Positions 60,261 to 64,000 of a DNA stretch of 64,000 nucleotides are shown one piece after another. The translations under genes and the position numbers were made by a program. Every line of letters starts with the position of its first letter. Within the stretch, counting starts at the first letter, position 1. Below the pieces are notes generated by a model. The model ran no database searches. It was not told where the DNA came from and saw nothing but the letters and a program-made list of their open reading frames with translations. The DNA is from an uncultured archaeon (GTDB taxonomy: Archaea > Aenigmatarchaeota > Aenigmatarchaeia > PWEA01 > JAGHBM01): positions 118,929 through 182,928 of the forward strand of contig CAZOZN010000003.1 in the NCBI GenBank assembly GCA_964584335.1, given 5' to 3'.

Positions 60261-60992
60261 CTATATTAAATTGCTAATATAAAACGAGGCAAGAATTATT
60301 GATACTAAGAAAGGTTGGTGAATCATGTATATCAACAATGAGTTCCTTCCTAAAGTAGTTGTAAACTTTGTAAAAATATTTTCTATTTTTTTCATACTAA
60401 ACTTTCTTTTATTAACCGAGTAAAGATTTTTTCCGAAAAAAATTCCCATCAGAACCACACCGAACCAGGGAATTAGTGGATAATAGTCAAGTGTCTGGAA
60501 TCCTTTTGGTATGAATCCTGCCCAAAGAAGCCAGTTAAAGCTAAAACGGAACTGTTGTAAAAACCACCCCGAGATGAATAAAATTATTCCTAAAAAAAGG
60601 TTCAATTTTTTGTATTTCAGAAAGGGATAAGCAATTAAGACAGAAGTTCCTATTAGATGAAGTATACCGAATATTATGAAATTTTCTCCTGCAAAAATCC
60701 AAGTTACTATGGTTATTATTGAACCAAGCGATAATATCTTTATTCCTCTTATCAAGTATTTTTTTATTTTTTCTTTTTCACTTTTTTTGCTGATTCTCGA
60801 GTAGCTTATTGACAATGAAATTCCTACAATAAAAATAAACAAAAACCCTATTAATCTGGGAAATAACCACCAAAACAAAAAGCTTTCGAATTTAATGACA
60901 CCAAAAAGTTTTAGGTCGAAGAAGAAATGGTAAAATATCATTAATATTATTGCAAACCCTCTCATGAAGTCAATCTCGTAAAAACGTTTCAT
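60261..60992 (-). CDS. DUF1624/HGSNAT-like membrane acyltransferase
   Basis: IDFMRGFAIILMIFYH, FGILH, DYYPLIPW, IYMIHQP. Confidence 0.85.
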   Translation of the reverse strand: MKRFYEIDFMRGFAIILMIFYHFFFDLKLFGVIKFESFLFWWLFPRLIGFLFIFIVGISLSISYSRISKKSEKEKIKKYLIRGIKILSLGSIITIVTWIFAGENFIIFGILHLIGTSVLIAYPFLKYKKLNLFLGIILFISGWFLQQFRFSFNWLLWAGFIPKGFQTLDYYPLIPWFGVVLMGIFFGKNLYSVNKRKFSMKKIENIFTKFTTTLGRNSLLIYMIHQPFLVSIILASFYISNLI

Positions 60993-61043
60993 ATTTTATT
61001 CTTTGTGGAAGATTTTTAAATAATACAGAAGCTTTTAAATATT

Positions 61044-61343
61044 ATGGAAGTAGCCGATACAATAGGTAAGAGAACACTCGGTCTTATGTTTAGAAAGAAC
61101 GGTGAAATGTTTTTTAGTTTTCCTTTCGATGTTCGTTTTTCAGTATGGACTCCTTTTATGAGGTTTCCTATTGACATATTTTTTATTGATGATAATGGAG
61201 AGGTTGTTGACAAAAATATTGAAATGGTCCCTTGGAGATTTTACAGACCCAAAAAAAGTTACAGGTATTTTTTTGAGGCAATGGCGGGTAGATATGAATC
61301 TCTTCCGGAAAAGGTAGTAAATTATATAAATAAAAAATTGTAA
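61044..61343 (+). CDS. DUF192 family protein
   Basis: VADT...R..GLMFR, FMRFPIDIFF. Confidence 0.8.
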   Translation: MEVADTIGKRTLGLMFRKNGEMFFSFPFDVRFSVWTPFMRFPIDIFFIDDNGEVVDKNIEMVPWRFYRPKKSYRYFFEAMAGRYESLPEKVVNYINKKL

Positions 61344-61352
61344 GGTTTGCTC

Positions 61353-63131
61353 ATGAAGTTTAGAGTAACAGAAGACTTTGTCCTCGAAGGTAATGTCGTG
61401 GCAAATCCTTCTCATGAATTCTACAAGAATTTTCTCAAGAATTATTATGTTATTACAAAAGATGGTCAGTATCTTTTTGGCTCAACACAACCCGGTAGAA
61501 GACCGGATAGAGCATTCTATATGGTTCCTGATGGTTATAAGCTGGGTTACGGTCAGAAGTATTTTGAAAAGGATATTGGTAAGAAGCTGTTTAACTTGGT
61601 TCTTGAATATATTAAAGATAAGGATGTTTTGGTGACTGATGGTGTTCAGGGTGAAAAGGATTTTGAAACCGGAATTAGAGTTGTAACTAGCTTGGAAAAT
61701 CCGCACAATGCCTACATGAGTTGGATGGGAAAACTTATGATGTTTCCTTTTGATTGCGGAGATTTTTCTTGTTTCAATTATATTGTTCAGGAAAAACTCC
61801 CAGAAGAATATATAGGGAGAATAAAATCCTTCTGGCCCGGATACGACCAGAACGAACCAATTACTCTTTACGACTTTACAGATATTGAAAAAGACAAGAG
61901 AAGAGTTCTCAGCCTTGGTGTAGATTATTTCGGTGGCGCTTTCAAGAAACCAAACCTTACGATGACTTGGAACAGAGCTGAATCAAATGGCATGGTTTCT
62001 TATCACGCCGGTTGTACAAATAATCGTGTTTTAAAAGGCCTGAGCGGGACAGGAAAGACAACGCTCACCCTGGGACCTGATTTGGAGCAAGACGATGCTC
62101 TTGTTGGAATACCCGTTTACACCGGAAACAAAGTTTCTTCTGTTATACTTTCCGGCCTTGAGGCATCAAGCTTTGCAAAATCGGAAGGCCTTAATGAAAA
62201 AAGCCCCGAGTGGCCCGGTTTGATGAGTTCAAGAGATGGCAGAACTGTACTTTGTATGAATATAGACTGCGAAAATGTTGAATACAAAAAAGAAAAAATC
62301 AAAGGACATGAAGTTAATGTACCCAGAGTTACTGGTGGACACGATGCCGGTTCTTTAATACCCAGCAGTTATAAATGCGGTACTACAAACGGGAGATTTG
62401 TTTTTTCATTTGATATATTAAACAGTAATTGGGGCAAAAACAAGAACAAATTTTTAGGTATAGAGTCTCTTTCTTTCCGCAGATTTGATATAATGGAGCC
62501 AATTTTCAGGGTAACGGATTCAAGGATGGCTGTGGCTTTAGACAGTGCATGCGAGAGCATAATAACTTCAGCGGTTGCAGGTAGAAAAGCCGGCGAAAGG
62601 GTTCGTTCTTACTCTGCGACTGATTTTATGGCCCGTGAGCAATCCCAGCAAGCACTCTTAAAATGGAAGATATATAACGATTTGGGACTTGACAGCAGCG
62701 GTAGCCTGATATTTTTCATAAATAACTCCGGTTATGTCGGCGAGTGTCCACCTTCCGGTAAAATTGTAAAAGGAAGGGGTGAGAAAATAAGGGTTGAAGA
62801 CTCGAAGAGGCTGATAAATCTTTTAGAGAAAGACAGTATAGAAAATTGGATTGTTCATCCTGTTTTTCTTTATCTTATACCAAATCCAAGGGAAGTCGAG
62901 GAGAAAGGAGTAAAGAATTTTTCAAAACGTTTCAATCCTATGAGGTATTACACTCCCAGGGAATTTCTCGATTTTTGCATAAGAGATATAGAAGAGAGGA
63001 CTTCTTTCCTTAAAATTCTTTTCAGGGGCCAGGAAAATAGGGAAAAACTCGAACCGGTGATTAACATATGGGATAATCTTAGGTTGCCAGACCCGGAAGA
63101 GATAAAAGACTTTTATGATAGGTATTACTAA
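61353..63131 (+). CDS. pckA: divergent phosphoenolpyruvate carboxykinase (ATP-type-like)
   Basis: YFGGAFKK, YHAG, GLSGTGKTT, QDD, FAK, NGR. Confidence 0.7.
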   Translation: MKFRVTEDFVLEGNVVANPSHEFYKNFLKNYYVITKDGQYLFGSTQPGRRPDRAFYMVPDGYKLGYGQKYFEKDIGKKLFNLVLEYIKDKDVLVTDGVQGEKDFETGIRVVTSLENPHNAYMSWMGKLMMFPFDCGDFSCFNYIVQEKLPEEYIGRIKSFWPGYDQNEPITLYDFTDIEKDKRRVLSLGVDYFGGAFKKPNLTMTWNRAESNGMVSYHAGCTNNRVLKGLSGTGKTTLTLGPDLEQDDALVGIPVYTGNKVSSVILSGLEASSFAKSEGLNEKSPEWPGLMSSRDGRTVLCMNIDCENVEYKKEKIKGHEVNVPRVTGGHDAGSLIPSSYKCGTTNGRFVFSFDILNSNWGKNKNKFLGIESLSFRRFDIMEPIFRVTDSRMAVALDSACESIITSAVAGRKAGERVRSYSATDFMAREQSQQALLKWKIYNDLGLDSSGSLIFFINNSGYVGECPPSGKIVKGRGEKIRVEDSKRLINLLEKDSIENWIVHPVFLYLIPNPREVEEKGVKNFSKRFNPMRYYTPREFLDFCIRDIEERTSFLKILFRGQENREKLEPVINIWDNLRLPDPEEIKDFYDRYY

Positions 63132-63268
63132 TTGATAAAATTAAAGAATATTTTTAGTACTTTAAATTTCATTAAAATAAGCTGTTGCTTCCGTTCTCAG
63201 TCCGCCTAAAAAATCCAATAGTTTTCATTATTATATTTTAGAAAAGGTTTTTATTAACAGGTGTTTAA

Positions 63269-63574
63269 TTGATTCCGGGATACTTCAGAAGGATAGCGAG
63301 AGAAAGGATTAATATACTTCTAAGGCTTGCCGAAAAAAACGTATCAGAACTTCCTGAAAGAAGCAGGAGATATGTCGAACTCGCAAGAAAGATAGGAATG
63401 AGATACAAGGTACGCTTACCCAATAAATACAAGAGGAAAGTTTGTAGGAAATGCAATAATTTTCTAAAACCGGGCGTTACCTGTACAGTCAGGCTTCTTC
63501 CAGAAGACAGATGTGTTGTTTGGCGTTGTTTAAGTTGTGGAGAAGAGAGAAGGTATCCCTACAGTAAAAGATAA
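63269..63574 (+). CDS. rnp4: RNase P protein Rpp21
   Basis: IARERI, RYVELAR, CRKC, CLSCG...RYP. Confidence 0.92.
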   Translation: MIPGYFRRIARERINILLRLAEKNVSELPERSRRYVELARKIGMRYKVRLPNKYKRKVCRKCNNFLKPGVTCTVRLLPEDRCVVWRCLSCGEERRYPYSKR

Positions 63575-63587
63575 GTTAAATGTCTTT

Positions 63588-63935
63588 TTACCATGGAAAT
63601 GACATAGAAAAAAGAGAATGGCCTTTCTCCGGATATACTCTCTGGTTATATGTAGCTTCATCCGTTTTTACAAAATACCAGGTCTCTTTTTCTTTTATTT
63701 GAACTTCTTTGCCTCTTTTTGAAAATGAATCTTTTTTGATTATATCGTAAATGTATAAATTCCCCTTTTCTATCTCATCTTCGTGAGCTATTATACCGTC
63801 TTCATAGAATTCTAAGGGGCTTCCTTCATTTTTTTCTAGTTTTGTATATCTCCTTATTCCTATTTCTTCGAGTTTTTCTTTCGTTCTTTCAGAAAAGCAG
63901 TCACAGTCTTTTATTAACTTTGATTCAATTGTCAT
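63588..63935 (-). CDS. hypothetical protein
   Basis: 115-aa ORF. Confidence 0.5.
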   Translation of the reverse strand: MTIESKLIKDCDCFSERTKEKLEEIGIRRYTKLEKNEGSPLEFYEDGIIAHEDEIEKGNLYIYDIIKKDSFSKRGKEVQIKEKETWYFVKTDEATYNQRVYPEKGHSLFSMSFPW

Positions 63936-64000
63936 GTCTTTTATAAGAATAGAAACCTTTAAATTCTTTTGATTATGAATTATTTTAAGTCGTAGAAACC

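Noticed and set aside
63180-63235. Possible second C/D sRNA or 18-aa peptide on the minus strand
   Set aside because: Weak box C, no terminal stem and no recognisable target

Overview
AT-rich archaeal chromosomal segment, very probably DPANN (single-chain PriS-PriL fusion primase, compact gene packing, many orphans); an Aenigmatarchaeota-like assignment is a guess. It is mostly housekeeping: tRNA/RNA processing (taw1, rnz, tsaC, trmJ, cca, fttA, rnp4, rnhB), translation (asnS-like, aspS, aIF5A with dys and speB, dph2, rpl10e), division (ftsZ, sepF), a histone, psmB, central metabolism (ppdK, divergent pckA, pyrG), GGR plus ferredoxin, hypA-mrp, and an oxidative/photo-stress cluster (menA, NDH-2/FSP1-like, DUF523, msrAB, tspO). 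It also holds an initiator tRNA-Met with a D-loop intron. The most novel signals are non-coding and were folded by eye only. ftsZ has a ~200-nt leader of hairpins with different stems but the same UUGGGC loop, and a 3' element with three ACACCCCC linkers complementary to the local Shine-Dalgarno variant. A ~50-nt C/D-box-like RNA is antisense to both flanks of 16S helix 45, including the anti-SD. A ~240-nt UUCG-rich, apparently pseudoknotted RNA lies head-to-head with the primase gene, and a ~60-nt double-UUCG RNA lies at 53.2 kb. No CRISPR array, integrase or transposase was seen.
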